Source: Octopus sinensis (taxonomy: Eukaryota). Taken from it: a stretch of DNA of 64,000 nt. Below are positions 38,866-53,343 of this stretch, piece by piece. The stretch is taken from NCBI RefSeq assembly GCF_006345805.1, contig NC_043001.1, positions 79,608,001 through 79,672,000 on the forward strand, given 5' to 3'. The position numbers were made by a program, and so were the translations under genes. The notes below the pieces were generated by a model, which ran no database searches, was not told the origin of the DNA, and was given only the letters and a program-made list of their open reading frames with translations. Within the stretch, counting starts at the first letter, position 1. Each line of letters opens with the position of its first letter.

Positions 38866-40614
38866 ATAGCTTTATTTTTAAATTAAGGTTACCAATTGTT
38901 TCATGTTAAGAAGAGTTGGAAAATATCTAAGTATTTTAACAATTTTTCAAACTCATCCCATGGAGAAAGGTGTTCGCCTCCACCTTTCCTCATGTGATCG
39001 GCTTGAAAAATTGTTAAACTATTGGATATTTTCCTACACTTCATTACAGGAAACCAATGGTAGGTTTAATTCACAAATAAAGAAACTATTTATGCACTAA
39101 TGCGATGTTGTGCACTCATTCCAACCTTCTGATTTTACGTATATATATAAATATGTATGTGTGTGCATGTGTGTGTGTATGTACAGATTGAGTGTGAGAG
39201 AGAGAAGCCAATTCGCATTAATAAGGAGAATCTTAAATGTAACACAGTTCTGAATGTACCAGTCATTTATACAACATATCCAATTTTAACCTCAGTGCAA
39301 CATCTGTTTTTGTTGCATGGATATCTCGTATCTTGTTTGTGCATCTGCATCCAGATTTAATTCGAGTTAAATACATGTCTTCCACTATTAAAGATTGTAG
39401 CGAACCGGTGTATAATGGTGTAGAATTTTTTATATTTTAGTAGGGGACGATTAAGTTTGTGTGCAAAGAATAACATGAAGTAGTTAGAAATCTGATACAT
39501 CTAAAAACAAACTGTTCACAGATCGTCACAGGATAACACTAAGGTTTAGATTTCGTATCATGAATATTAGATGTTAAACTAGGTCAGAATATATTTCATC
39601 TACTAGACTTAATTTAAAAATAAATTTAAATGACGGTTGTATTCAATTAAGAGACACTTAGACAATGATAATTACGTAGTATAATATACACAGAATTTAT
39701 TTTTAAGGCCAAGTTATTGAACATAATATTTAAGATTACTTCTACCTATAGTGAAATCAGAATTTTTGATAATATATATCAAAATTATATCTAAATGAAG
39801 ATATAACATCTTACTAAATATATAATAAAGTATTCTATATGCGATGTCTTAGAAACAGAAGATAATAATTGGTTGGAGATGTGTCGAACGAATCAATGTA
39901 TAGCTTGCTTAGGAAATACGTAAGTAATGGTAAGTTAGGAAATCTAGGACTGAAGGTAAAAAATAGTATTAAGGACAATTGGGGTGGCGATATAATTTAG
40001 TATCGATCGTTAAAATGATATGAGATGAAATAATATGATGATAAGGTAAATACAGAAATTTAATTAAGTGAGCTTATGCGATCCTCGGAACTACACAAGA
40101 GTGAAAATAAAGTGTCAGCAAACTATAGAAGAGGTAAGCATCAAAACAGCATTTGGGTTAATGGAAATATCTAAAGGTCCGCATGAAAATATACCGACGA
40201 GAAGAGAATTTATTTAATAACAATATTGCTGCAATTGAATTCATATTAGATTAATTATTAGATAATTAAGATTAAAATATGAATTAATGGAGAAATTGGA
40301 ATCTATAAAATAAATAGATAAAAAATGGATATGATGGTAAGGTAAATATGCTAATTTAATTAAGAGAGCTTATGTGATGTCAAACTACACATAAGCGAGA
40401 ATCTTATTGCATTTGTATATATGGTAAAATTGAAATGTTTTGAAAACATACGAAAAGAGTCCTCGTGCTTTAACAGGATTTGCATAGATTTTCTCAAGCA
40501 TAAGCAATACGAGGCGTTTTGGCCTTTGTATAGCAGAACTGAGTCAATGATAGACCAAGTTAGATTATATGGTATGTTCTTTTTCCTAATGTAGCCTATA
40601 TGTTCGGCCAGAGA

Positions 40615-41031
40615 AGGCGGCGAGCTGGCAGAATCGTTAGCTCACCGAGCGAAATGCTTACCGGTATTTCGTCTGCCGCTGCGTTCTGAATTCAAATTCC
40701 ACCGAGGTCGGCTTTGCCTTTCATCCTTTCGGGGTCGATAAATTAAGTACCAGTTACGCACTGGAGTCATTGTAATCGAATTAATCCCTTTGTCTGTCCT
40801 TGTTTGTCCCCTCTATGTTTATCCCTTTGTGGGTAGTAAAGAAATAGGTATTTCCTCTGCCGCTACGTTCTGAGTTCAAATTCCTCCGAGGTCGACTTTG
40901 CCTTTCATCCTTTCGGGCTCGATTAAATAAGTACCAGTTACGCACTGGTGTCGATGTAATCGACTTAATCCCTTTGTCTGTCCTTGTTTGTCCCCTCTAT
41001 ATTTAGCCCCTTGTGGGCAATAAAGAAATAA
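40615..41031 (+). mobile_element. Dimeric SINE family B (full monomer plus 5'-truncated monomer)
   Basis: The second monomer starts at AGGTATTTCCTCTGCCG immediately after GTAAAGAAAT. Confidence 0.9.
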
Positions 41032-41060
41032 GTGAAGTAGATTCACTATGCCTTTCGTAG

Positions 41061-41300
41061 TTAAACAAATTGAAATACGCGGAGTATATTTGCTTCAGAA
41101 GTAACAGTAGCTCCAATATAAACCTTGAGGACGTTTTGGAGAATATGCAGGACCGAACAATGTAATACTACATTAAACCTTTTGCAGTGAGCCTGCAACG
41201 GGTAATCCTCCCGCATTTTGAAGTTTTGCCGGGATTTTATCCAAGAGACTTCACTTATGGAACTGCTAACTGACATATTCTCCTTCTTAGAATTTTATCA
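41061..41300 (-). mobile_element. Decayed Penelope-like GIY-YIG fragment
   Basis: EDYPLQAHCKRFNVVLHCSV...KVYIGAT resembles the PLE CPLxGxC..NVVY..YIG pattern. Confidence 0.5.
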
Positions 41301-41614
41301 GGTCTTTTTTTCATGTGAACACCGAAAACATGTATCTTTCTCTCTGGATATTTCTTGATTTCTTGAAGAACTGGTAACTATAAAAATCCTAGATTAAAGA
41401 TATTCTACATTTCTGTATTTTCTTTTTCTTTCTCCGATGAGGGAATACTTAGTCTACGCAGAATTCTTTACTCAATAACATATGGTCCAAATGCTTAGCT
41501 ATGTTTGAAACAGCTGTAAGAGAATTTGCGTATTTATTATAACTATTCTGCACTATAAATCATAGATTCTTGAATGATACCAAATATTTTACTTGTCCCT
41601 TATGTGTTATAATG

Positions 41615-41646
<32 letters not shown>

Positions 41647-41676
41647 TGTATGTATGTATGTATGTATGTATGTATA

Positions 41677-41787
<111 letters not shown>

Positions 41788-41940
41788 CAGCGTGACATAC
41801 TCATGGCTACAAAGCTGCTGTATTTCGTCTAAGGAAGATCACTTTAAATCTTCAAATTTAGTTGAAACGCTATCGCTCTGAAACTGAACAGGAGCAACAA
41901 ATACCAATATTTCGCGGTTATTTCCGCTAAACAGTAAAAT

Positions 41941-41981
<41 letters not shown>

Positions 41982-42149
41982 TTTGCATTTTTCTTGACCC
42001 TTAGAGTTAATAGCGCCAGTTCTTCGGATTCCATGGTTTTTAAAGGGCCGAGGTCATATTCCTCTACAATAGAATACGTATCCGTTTCGGAGTTGGAGGC
42101 TGGCAATTTTGAGGGACGCTGATTACATAAATTCCAGAACTTTACTGCT

Positions 42150-42295
42150 ACTCTATTTTAACGAAATCGAACCTGGATGAAAGGGATGGCAGGCAACTTG
42201 ATTGCAGCCAGATTTGAACTTAGTACCCAAAGAGCCGGAACAATGATGTAAAGTATTTTGTTAGACGTACCAAAGATTCTGCCAGCTCACCGCTT
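42150..42295 (-). mobile_element. Diverged SINE family B copy
   Basis: Minus head GCGGTGAGCTGGCAGAATC...AAGTTCAAATCT. Confidence 0.6.
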
Positions 42296-43014
42296 TAGTA
42301 ATTGTAGTAGAAGTACAGCTTTAACAACAGAAGGATAAGAAGTACAAGAGGAAATAGTTTGCAAGATGGATGGTGAAATTCCGTTAGAGAGATGATGTGG
42401 TTGTAGTGATGATGAGCATATAAATTGTGGTGGTATTTGACGGTTCAATGATAGGATGTTAGGTGCTGAACATGATGTGATTGTACAAGAGATTGTGATA
42501 GGCAACGCTAAAGATGGTGGGGAAAATGATAACGAACCGCGATCTGTGTAGTAATGCTGATATATGTATTATTGGTAATTGTGTTGAGAGGTGGTCGTGG
42601 CATAGAGGGCGCTGATTTTGATAGCAGTAGTGCAGAGGGCATGAAGTGGTGTAGGGGCTCTTAAGCAACATACGTGGAATGTTAGATTCGTTGTCGTGCG
42701 AAGGAGCCATTATTATACAAAAGACATTCATTTTACAGAGTGTCTCGGCAATTCCTTCAGAAGCACTACTCCAAGTTAATATTTCGTATGGAATCACCAA
42801 CACCTGTCACTAAAAGAAATTTTTCACGCATACAAATACACAGACACAAATATATATATATATACCACACACACGCATAATCACATAAATATATGCACGC
42901 AAAAACATACACTTACAGTAACAATGTATAGCGGGAAATATGTTTGTTTGTCTTTGTTTTATTGAGAATATATGTTAGTTTTCTAGTGTGTATGTATATA
43001 CATATATATATATG

Positions 43015-43052
<38 letters not shown>

Positions 43053-43537
43053 CATTCGTGTATATATGTATGCATATATTTATACACATGCATACACATA
43101 TATATATACATATGCATATATATAATTACATATATATATGTATGTAAGTATGTATGTATATGTATGTATGTATGTATGTATATACGCATGTGTACGTGTT
43201 TGTGTACAGGGAAATGTAAATATGGAATTGACGTCCCATAACTAAGGCACCATTTTACATTATATGAAATATTAAATGCTATCTTGCGTACGCCATGTTC
43301 GAATGTTTGTGTATTGTTATCTATCTTTAGGTCTCTCTATCTCTCTCTCACACACACATACACGCACACTGTCTCTCGATCTTTCTTTCAGTTTCTTTCT
43401 CTTTCTCTCTTCCTCTCTCTCTTACTCTCCCTCTTTCTGTCTCTCAAGCCATTTTGTTCATTCTTTCTGTATATGTATATATATATAGTTGAGTGTGTGC
43501 GCGACCGTGGGTTTATGCGAGTCTCTGTATATCTATC

Positions 43538-43538
43538 C

Positions 43539-43628
<90 letters not shown>

Positions 43629-43653
43629 ATCTATCTACCTATCTATATCTATG

Positions 43654-43702
<49 letters not shown>

Positions 43703-43705
43703 ATA
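43538..43705. repeat. (ATCT)n tetranucleotide microsatellite
   Basis: Direct reading. Confidence 0.95.
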
Positions 43706-43742
43706 TATATATATATACTATATATACATATATGTGTGTAAT

Positions 43743-43792
<50 letters not shown>

Positions 43793-43993
43793 TACAAAAA
43801 TATATAACGTAGAGATAGATAGATAAATAGATAGATGGCAGATAGATAGATAGCAGATAGACAAAATAAAAGTGTGTGATAGAGAGAACAGAGTGAGAGA
43901 GCGGTATGGTTTCAGATATATACTTAGAAATATTTATAGGCAAAATATAAATAGGTGTATGTTGTGATATAGCATATTTATAAACTCAACCCA

Positions 43994-44068
<75 letters not shown>

Positions 44069-44203
44069 ATAGGCAAATATATATTTATAATTATATATAT
44101 ATAGGATATATATATACGACGCCATACACCGCGTACATGAGTACTTACATACATAATACATGTATTCATACATACATACATATTCAAACATGACAACTCA
44201 TAC

Positions 44204-44267
<64 letters not shown>

Positions 44268-44468
44268 ATATATACATATTTATGCCTGAGGCGAAGACAG
44301 TATCCCAGTCGAAGTAATCGAACAGCACAGCTGCACTCACTTGAATCAAAATCATTATTTCTTCCTCAAGTACATCAAACAGAGAGAATATTCCTATCAG
44401 CTCAATTTCTAAACGGAAAAGCGTACAGCTGTATATTACACAAAACAACATATACACACACACATATA

Positions 44469-44500
<32 letters not shown>

Positions 44501-45239
44501 AACACACACAATATATATATATGTATGTATGTATGTATATATATACTCACACACATATAAACCACTCGCAGACACACACATAAGCACTGTTACTGACCAT
44601 CTTACTGGTAGATCTTTGGCTGAATAATCCATTGTCACCTCATGTATGCATTATTTTCCACAGATATATCAGATTCCTATTACGGAATCATTGGTGAACT
44701 TGGGATTGTTTAGCATAATACTCATAGCTAGCGAAGCCTACGAAGACAGTAATGAAGAATTTATAGGTCTATGTGAAATATTTCGGCACAAAGATAGAAG
44801 TTTTTAATTCTGTTTTACCGGATACATAAGCCCAAATCATTATTCGGTAAAACAGCTGAAAACATTAGGGATGGACATAAAAAAGTCACAAATAATGAGT
44901 ACTTCACAAATACAGTCTCCTACAACTCTTAAACAGCGAGCTTTGCTTGTGAGTTATACCTACCTTGGTCGTTGTGTCTTTGTGTCCATCAAAGTTTAAC
45001 AACTGGTTTTGGTTTGTTTACGCTCCAAAACCTTAATGGTTCTATGACCTCCGAGACGGGCTCCAGCATGGCCACAGTCCCATAGCTGATACAAATGAAA
45101 AAGACAACCAAATACAATCTATCATCAGGTTCTATATGTTTTTGAAATTCATTAAGTGTCGAGAAGTACGATAAAGTGAAAAAGTTCCGGATGTGCGAAA
45201 AAGAATACAAGAATTAAGGAATGGAGCATATATATAGTT

Positions 45240-45361
45240 GAAATTTACAGAAAAACAAAAGACGAAGACAGGTGTATAAACAATAAGCAATTGTATTAGA
45301 TTAAAGCTCAGAAAGGTGAGAAAGTCTTTTACGTTTCAAGCATACGCTCTTCAGCAGAAAG
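45240..45361 (-). mobile_element. Diverged copy of the 12510-12803 element (core CUGCUGA at 45326-45361)
   Basis: CTTT-CTGCTGA-A-GAGC-GTAT-GCTT-GAAA-CG-T-A-AAAG. Confidence 0.65.
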
Positions 45362-45483
45362 GATCGGTTGTGATCGGTTGTGCACGCGCGTGTGTGTGTA
45401 TACGTGTGCGTTTGTACATATGTATGTGTATATCTTTGTATCAATCTATCTAAATTGATACATAAACATACACACACACAGAC

Positions 45484-45514
<31 letters not shown>

Positions 45515-46492
45515 GAGAGAGAGAGAGAAAGAGAGAATGACGTTTAAAGGTGTCTACTACAGACTTATGAATGTGTATGGATTTGTCTATATGTGTCTAT
45601 ACACATAGACCCCCTCACACACACACACTCACACACACATACACACAAATATGTTAGTTGCTATCATTTATGTTATATCAAACGGGGCATTTGACGGACA
45701 AATATTTCTGTGTCGAACACACGCGTACATATGATCAGAAAGTATATGCGTATGCATAAATACACCTATATACATCCATCCATCCATCCATCCATCCATC
45801 CATCCATCCATCCATCCATACATACATACATACATACATACATACATACACACATACATATACACATGCATACATACATACGTCCATATATATATACACT
45901 TCTGTGACAGTAGTATTAGTACCAAAATTTGGGTACTGGACTGGATGTTTGATTATGTGGGAACCTGGACATCAAAACCAGAATAGTACTAACCACAATA
46001 CCAACTTCAACATTAATAGTGACACCAATATGATTCATGTGAATCAAAGTCTTTGTGATAGAGGTATAAGATCAATCCAAACAGCCTTTTGAATGTCGCA
46101 TTGTAACCCTCAGACCACACCTGCTGAATATTAAAGAAAGAAATACGTATATTCCAGGCATACATTCCAAAAGTGAGAGCAACATTTTCAGAGTTGGAGA
46201 CGAACGACTGTGTAAATACTCTGAAAATATAACTAAAATCTCACCCTTTTTCGCTGTTTCAGCTTTTCATTATTTCATATTTACATTTTTCCTGTTTTTT
46301 CATTTTTCAATTTTCGCTTTTCCTTTAAACTGTTCATTTCTCCTATCATGTGTCCACAAGTGCCTTAACTTACGCTAACTTCACTTAACGTCTCTTAGCT
46401 TAGCGGCCCCTGTTTTATTCCGAAGCTCCACTTCACTCACCCTTTCACCTTCTCAGCCTATCCTACTAACTGCGTTATCCTGTTGTCTCTCT

Positions 46493-46907
46493 TATTTCTT
46501 TTACTACCCACAAGGGGCTACACACAGGGGGACAAACACGGAGAGACAAACGGATTAAGTCGATTATATAGAAACCAGTGCGTAACTGGTACTTAATTTA
46601 TCGACCTCGAAAGGATGAAAGGCAAAGTCAACCTCGGCGGAATTTGAACTCACAACGTAACGGCAGATGAAATGCCTATTTCTTTACTGCCCACGAGGGG
46701 CTAAACACAGAGAGGACAAGCAAGGACAGACAAACGGATTATGTCGATTATATCGACCCCAGTGCGTAACTGGTACTTAATTTATCGACCCCGAAAATAT
46801 GAAAGGCAAAGTTGACCTCGGCGGAATTTGAACTCAGAACGTAACAGCAGACGAAATACGGCTACGCATTTCGCCCGGTGTGCTAACGTTTCTGCCAGCT
46901 CGCCGCC
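46493..46907 (-). mobile_element. Dimeric SINE family B
   Basis: Same junction (GTAAAGAAAT|AGGCATTTC.TCTGCCG) as 40615-41031. Confidence 0.9.
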
Positions 46908-47572
46908 GTCTGTTGTCCTCTGTACTAGAGAATACATCTGTCTCGTGCGACACAAAGGAGTCATGAGACTTTACAATTTCCATGTTGTATACACAGTGGT
47001 CAACGCCGCATGTAGGATAAAGATTTGTTATTAAACATTCTGACAGCGTCACAATCTTTACCTATTCTACGGCATTTCAGAAGCAATATTTGGGCATCGA
47101 AACTCCTGCTAGTGTGCAGCACAACCTATTTTCCTTGCTGTGAATATTGGTCTGAAAAATTGAAATTGCGTTCCGGAAAGTAAAGTAAACCATTCGGCGT
47201 AATGTTCAAGGATTAACGTTGCAATCTCAATTATTTATATTCTATACAAGACGGATAAGATTCTAGGTCTCTCAGGACTAGTGCTTATGACAAATCTCTT
47301 AAGTATTTCTAATTGAATAACTCACAACACTTCACTTTATAATTATTTCTGTAACAACACGACAAATAACAGCACGTAAAGACAAATATTATTATTCTAA
47401 TAGCAATGTATTAGAGCCAATACTGATTAGTATTATAGTGTGAGTTATTTAAAAAATAGTGAGCAAATCCTCATATTGTATTTTACTTTTTTATTAAAAT
47501 GACGCTTCACACTGGAATATGATGGATCAGGATGTATAAAAAGAGAAGTCGGTCGTAGCTGGAACACACACA

Positions 47573-47626
<54 letters not shown>

Positions 47627-47844
47627 TTGTGTGCGCTTTATTGAAACATGTATACACGGAGACACAGACACAGTTACGTATATATATATATATATAAAAA
47701 GACTTTTCTATTCCTGAGCGTTATACTAATACATCTGTTTGTTTGTACACTACCTGTATTCGTCTTTTATTGTTTTTTTCGTAAACTCTCCCTGTATATA
47801 TATATATAGATATATATATATATATATATATAAAGAGAGAGAGA

Positions 47845-47882
<38 letters not shown>

Positions 47883-48118
47883 TAGATTCTAGAATTATAA
47901 GCATAATTATAATTAGGGGGTCAGCTAATTGCTTCACCATATACCGAATTTAGAAATAGGTGCTAAAAATTCTTTTTCTACTACCGATATATATACATAT
48001 ATATATATATATATCTTCGCTTCTTTATTTATTTATATTTCCATGTTCTTTCTCGTCTACACTGTCACAGTATAGCTCTAGAAATTTAGACCAAACATAC
48101 GACACTATATACTTATAT

Positions 48119-48284
48119 ATAGGCGCAGGAGTGGCTGTGTGGTAAGTAGCTTGCTAACCAACCACATGGTTCTGAGTTCAGTCCCACTGCGTGGCATCTT
48201 GGGCAAGTGTCTTCTGCTATAGCCCCGGGCCGACCAAAGCCTTGTGAGTGGATTTGGTAGACGGAATCTGAGAGAAGCCTGTCG

Positions 48285-48358
<74 letters not shown>

Positions 48359-48553
48359 TGTACCTCTAGCATTGCTTGACAACCAATGCTGGTGTGTTTA
48401 CGTCCCCGTCACGTAGCGGTTCAGCAAAAGAGACCGATAGAACAAGTACTGGGCTTACAAAGAATAAGTCCCGGGGTCGATTTGCTCGACTAAAGGCGGT
48501 GCTCCAGCATGGCCGCAGTTAAATGACTGAAACAAGTAAAAAAGTAAAAGAGT
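48119..48553 (+). mobile_element. SINE family A, near full length
   Basis: GGCGCAGGAGTGGCTGTGTGGTAAGTAGC head; GAGTTCAGTCCC B-box-like motif; internal (TA)n(TG)n; AAAGTAAAAGAG tail. Confidence 0.9.
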
Positions 48554-49064
48554 ATATACTTTTAATTTTTTTATAATTCTTTAAATGTTTACTCTTTTAT
48601 TAGATTTTGCACCTACTACTTTCCCTCTTTGTGATCCCAAACTCATTAAAGATTCACCCCCCTCCAACTCCTTCCCTCTTTATCTCAACATCCAACCTCC
48701 TCATTCTATATCGAGTGAAAAACGGTATGGACGCTTTGTTTTTGTTTTGGTGTCTCGCTCTGCTGTATACGACTATGAGGATTTGAATCCCCAACGAAAC
48801 TCGTCTTTTTCCCAAACTTATAATGTAATACATGTCTTTGGTGTGGTAACTGTGCGCGACTGAAGAAGGCTATTGACATACATATTACATCAATTATGCA
48901 TTGATAAAACTGTCTAATAAAGCCAGAAACATATGTACCGCTAAATCCTTTGCATCTTGCTTTTCTTTTGATAAAGATATATATATATATATAGTATATA
49001 TATATATATATATACACAAACACACACATACACACAAACACACACATACACACAAACACAACGT

Positions 49065-49128
<64 letters not shown>

Positions 49129-49131
<3 letters not shown>

Positions 49132-49340
49132 ACGGGAGCTTTATGAAAATAGACAAAAGACGAAGGCAGGTGGAAAACAAACAAACAATTGTATTAGTAT
49201 GGTGCTCAGGAAATATAAATAAAAGAAGTCTTTAACGTTTCGAGCCTACGCTCTTCAACAGAAAGATACACAGAGAGAAAAAAAACACAGAAAGAAGGAG
49301 AGAAAAAAATGCGTGCAGTAACTAACGAATCAACATATAA
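49129..49340 (-). mobile_element. Copy of the 12510-12803 element (HHR-like motif at 49229-49266)
   Basis: Reverse complement match; abuts (TA)n. Confidence 0.8.
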
Positions 49341-49799
49341 TGTGTGTATGTGTGTGTTTGTGTGTGTGTATTCAGCACCAAGAATTGTTTCGGTATAAGT
49401 CAACTAGCAGTCTAACAGTGCAACTCAGTCAATATCGTTCACTGTGTTCCAATTAAAGCTACTGCTTTAAATCTTTCCAGAGTTGTCTGTCTTCCGTAAT
49501 TCCCATTAATAACGACTAAAGAGCTAGAAATGTTGCATCTGGGAACACTACAGGGGCAATACTGGACAGATATAGTGTTTTTACAATTTGTACCATGAGA
49601 GAATTTTTTTCTTCACAATAACTACAGTAAACTTGCCTTTAGAACTTGAAATATATCACAAACATATAACTAACTTAAAAGTTCGCATCGTTTTCTCCCT
49701 TACTCTCTCTATCTCTCTTCCTTACTCTCTCTTTATGTATCCATTCTATCTATCTCTATATCAGTATATCTGTATCTATGTCTATATCTATCTATGTAT

Positions 49800-49879
<80 letters not shown>

Positions 49880-49954
49880 ATATCAATCTATCTAACTATC
49901 TATATATCTATCTATCTATCTATATATCTATCTATATATCTATCTATCTATATA

Positions 49955-50047
<93 letters not shown>

Positions 50048-50062
50048 CATACACATACATAC

Positions 50063-50221
50063 CGGAGAGCATACATTTGTACATGATGGCCGCTTCCTCT
50101 TTCTCGTCTTTAAGATGAAGACACCAGTACGCCAAGCAGCACTTGTGCATGATGGTTTTAAAGTGAGTGATTGGCCTTGTACATAACCAATCATACTTGC
50201 TGAACAATGATGACAGATACC
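50063..50221 (-). CDS. Candidate 159-nt coding exon, unknown product
   Basis: Acceptor TTATTCTTTTTAG and donor GTATGT; length is divisible by 3. Open as (W/G)[52 protein letters not shown]; a second frame is also open. No homologue recognised. Confidence 0.45.
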
Positions 50222-50326
50222 CTAAAAAGAATAACAAATTTCTGTCATTGACTGCCAAGGAGCCAAAGGTTTTACATCTGTGTTTTCCTTAGTATGATGT
50301 CCTAACAAGGACTAGGGTTCACTCAC

Positions 50327-50435
50327 ATCTACTAATCACATTCCCATGGTAATCTGCTGACTGAACATGTTGCGCTATTGTATTTTCTGCACCAAATTCA
50401 CCAGTTTGGCTATGATTGACGCAGGACTTACAGCT
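50327..50435 (-). CDS. Candidate 109-nt exon upstream of 50063-50221
   Basis: Acceptor TATATTTCGTGTAG and donor GTGAGT. Encodes SCKSCVNHSQTGEFGAENTIAQHVQSADYHGNVISR; its phase 1 end fits the next exon across a 105-nt intron. Confidence 0.3.
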
Positions 50436-50684
50436 CTACACGAAATATAACGGGAACCAAATCTGTATACACAATATTGGATGACCGTAGATTTTAATAA
50501 GTTCATCTGTCATTTGACAGATTTTGTTTTCATTCCTGTCGGGTGTACAATAACCCTCCTTACTAAGCAAGCTTACTACGGCTGCCAGTGTCGTCACCGA
50601 TGACACGACTATGCAGCAGGTTGTCCCGGATAACATGTAGGGTCACGGCACACTATCACACATACATACATGTATGCGTGTATA

Positions 50685-50743
<59 letters not shown>

Positions 50744-50872
50744 CATGCATGCATACCTAAATACCTACATGCATACATAAATACATATATGCATACTTAC
50801 AAACATATATACAAGCATACATACATAAATAATTACATGCATAAATACAAGCTTACATATATACATATATAA

Positions 50873-51244
50873 TAACAAAGGGTAAAATTAATTAATTAAA
50901 AAGTAATCAATAATTTCACCAAGTAGAATTCATGGTAAACTTAAGTAATACTTAATAAATAGGGTTCAGCAAAGATTTGCTTTGCCACATACCGAAGTTT
51001 AGAGATAGCATCCAAAAACCGTTAGCTATTTCTTCTACTTTAAAAAGGGACTCCCAGATAGTGACCAGATATTGATTGATTTTCGTTACTTTTCTTCTCT
51101 GCCCGTGTGGATTGTTTTCAAATATTTTGATTTTTCTGGAAATCCCTTTTTAAAGTAGAAGAAATAGCTAACGGTTTTTGGCTGCTATTTCTAAACTTCG
51201 GTATGTAGTAAAGCAAATATTTGCTGAACCCTATTTATTAAGTA
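50873..51244. mobile_element. Truncated relative of the 555/581-bp family with a ~100-bp inverted repeat
   Basis: 50948-51048 is complementary to 51144-51244. Shares GGGTAAAATTAATTAATT, TTTCACCAAGTA and GGCTGCTATTTCTAA with the array unit. Confidence 0.8.
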
Positions 51245-51984
51245 TATACATATATAAATAGATACATACATAGATATATACATATATACATTCATACATA
51301 CATAAATTCAAACTTACATATATACATAAATAGATGCATACATAAATACATACATACATATTTCACATGTATGCATGTGACTCCAAATTCTGAATATATA
51401 TACATACATACATACAAAAATACCCTGTTGTTGATGTTGAAAGTCCAATGAAGGACCCTTGGATCTAGGTTAGAAACCGGTCCTTTCTCTATCGGCAAGC
51501 AATTTGAAAATAAAACTGAATAATGACATACATATGAGTGTGTATATTTTTTGGTCGTGCGAGATATTCGTTCATGATTTTCTCTATTGGTACTCAAGCG
51601 TCATACATCTGAAAAGAGGCAAAATTTGTTCAAATTTCAAAAACGAGAAAAAAAGAATACAATCCAACGTTAGGATTAAAAAAAAACTGCGTTAATTCAA
51701 ATAATTCAAATAAACATTAGAAACGATTGAAGTACATAGGGGCGGTGAAAAACGAACTTATCCCCAAACCCCGATGAGTGTGTATGTGTGTGTGCGCGCG
51801 CGTGCTTATGTATGTGGGTGTGTGTGAATGTACTTATGCATACTGTGCATAGACAGGTACATAGATTAATAGGATAGATAGATGGATAGAGAGATAGATA
51901 AGTAGACAGATCGATAGACAGAGGGTGAGAAGGACAGATAGACAGACAGGCAGACAGCCAGACATACATACATACAGACAGACA

Positions 51985-51987
51985 TAC

Positions 51988-52039
<52 letters not shown>

Positions 52040-52136
52040 GGATGGATAGATAGATAGATAGATAGATAGTAGATAGATAGATAGATAGATAGATATATAG
52101 ATAGATAGATAGATAGACGGATAGAAAGAGAGGGAG

Positions 52137-52198
<62 letters not shown>

Positions 52199-52199
52199 G

Positions 52200-52282
<83 letters not shown>
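51985..52282. repeat. (AGAT)n microsatellite
   Basis: Direct reading. Confidence 0.95.
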
Positions 52283-52285
<3 letters not shown>

Positions 52286-53138
52286 TGTACTAACAGCAAG
52301 AATATACAGCTAATCAGAGATATTGAGCTATAAGTCGGTGCATCGCAGCTGTTCGTTCGCTCCTCCACCTGAGGGCTTTGGAACAACAGCAACAAGAACA
52401 ATAACAACAGCAACAACAACAACAAACAACATCAACAGGAGCAGCAGCAACAAAAATACGAACAAAACCAAATGCAGAAATACAAGTAACCTTATCTATT
52501 AAATTAACTCAGTAAATATTTGTCATAGACACGTAAGTTGTAACAATAACATTGAACAAGGTCGGAATAACAACATCATCACTACCAGGACCACAACCAC
52601 CACAACCGTCACATTCACCACATCCACCACTAGCTGAAACAACATCCACACAAACAACATCATTAACTGTATTAACAACAATAATAGCGATAGGTATTAA
52701 CACAAAAATAAGAGCATATTCCAACTACAATAGCAGCCATCGCAACAACAAAAACAACACCGACTAGAACGACGCCCATCAATACCAAAGTAAAATGAAT
52801 GAGTCAATCTAGGAAGGGACTTGTAAGCTGGTTAAAACTTGTTGTTTCCAGAAAATTCCATCAATAACAACAGCGTATGCCTCACTCTTTCTACCGTGCC
52901 CCCCCCCCCCATTCTCAAGAATACTTACTACCAACAATGGCTTCATCATTCTGAGCCAATCCCTCCGAATTTAATACTTAGAGAGGAGAAAGCAGCAATA
53001 TGAGGATTACGATGGTTGGTTACATCACTGACAACGATATAAGCGGCCTTTCTCATAATGCAAAGTGAAAAGGCCACAAAACATTTAATATTTCATAGAT
53101 TTGTTTTGCTAACTTGATGCATGTTATTTCATACATGT

Positions 53139-53198
<60 letters not shown>

Positions 53199-53258
53199 AC
53201 ACACACACACAAACACACACACATACACACACACACAAACACACACACATACACAAAC

Positions 53259-53293
<35 letters not shown>

Positions 53294-53296
53294 CAT

Positions 53297-53343
<47 letters not shown>

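Noticed and set aside
39990-40400. Old ~305-bp-period partial duplication (GATAAGGTAAAT...TTTAATTAAG.GAGCTTATG)
   Set aside because: Short and diverged, with no interpretable structure.
42287-42803. ORFs 42287-42505 and 42459-42803 as gene exons
   Set aside because: No motifs or splice support; probably decayed LINE sequence, and I cannot assign a clade.
48770-48810. HHR-like CTATGA-GGATT/AATCC...GAAACTCGTC
   Set aside because: A core G is missing, 5 extra nt precede GAAA, and there is no helix I.
50064-50162. Plus-strand open frame [33 protein letters not shown] ending at GTGAGT
   Set aside because: No pyrimidine-rich acceptor upstream; the minus-strand exon has both splice sites. Not fully excluded.
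52552-52767. Thr/Pro-rich mucin-like ORF (duplicated at 53690-53905)
   Set aside because: Derived from decayed (CAA/CAC)n low-complexity sequence, with no splice or homology support.
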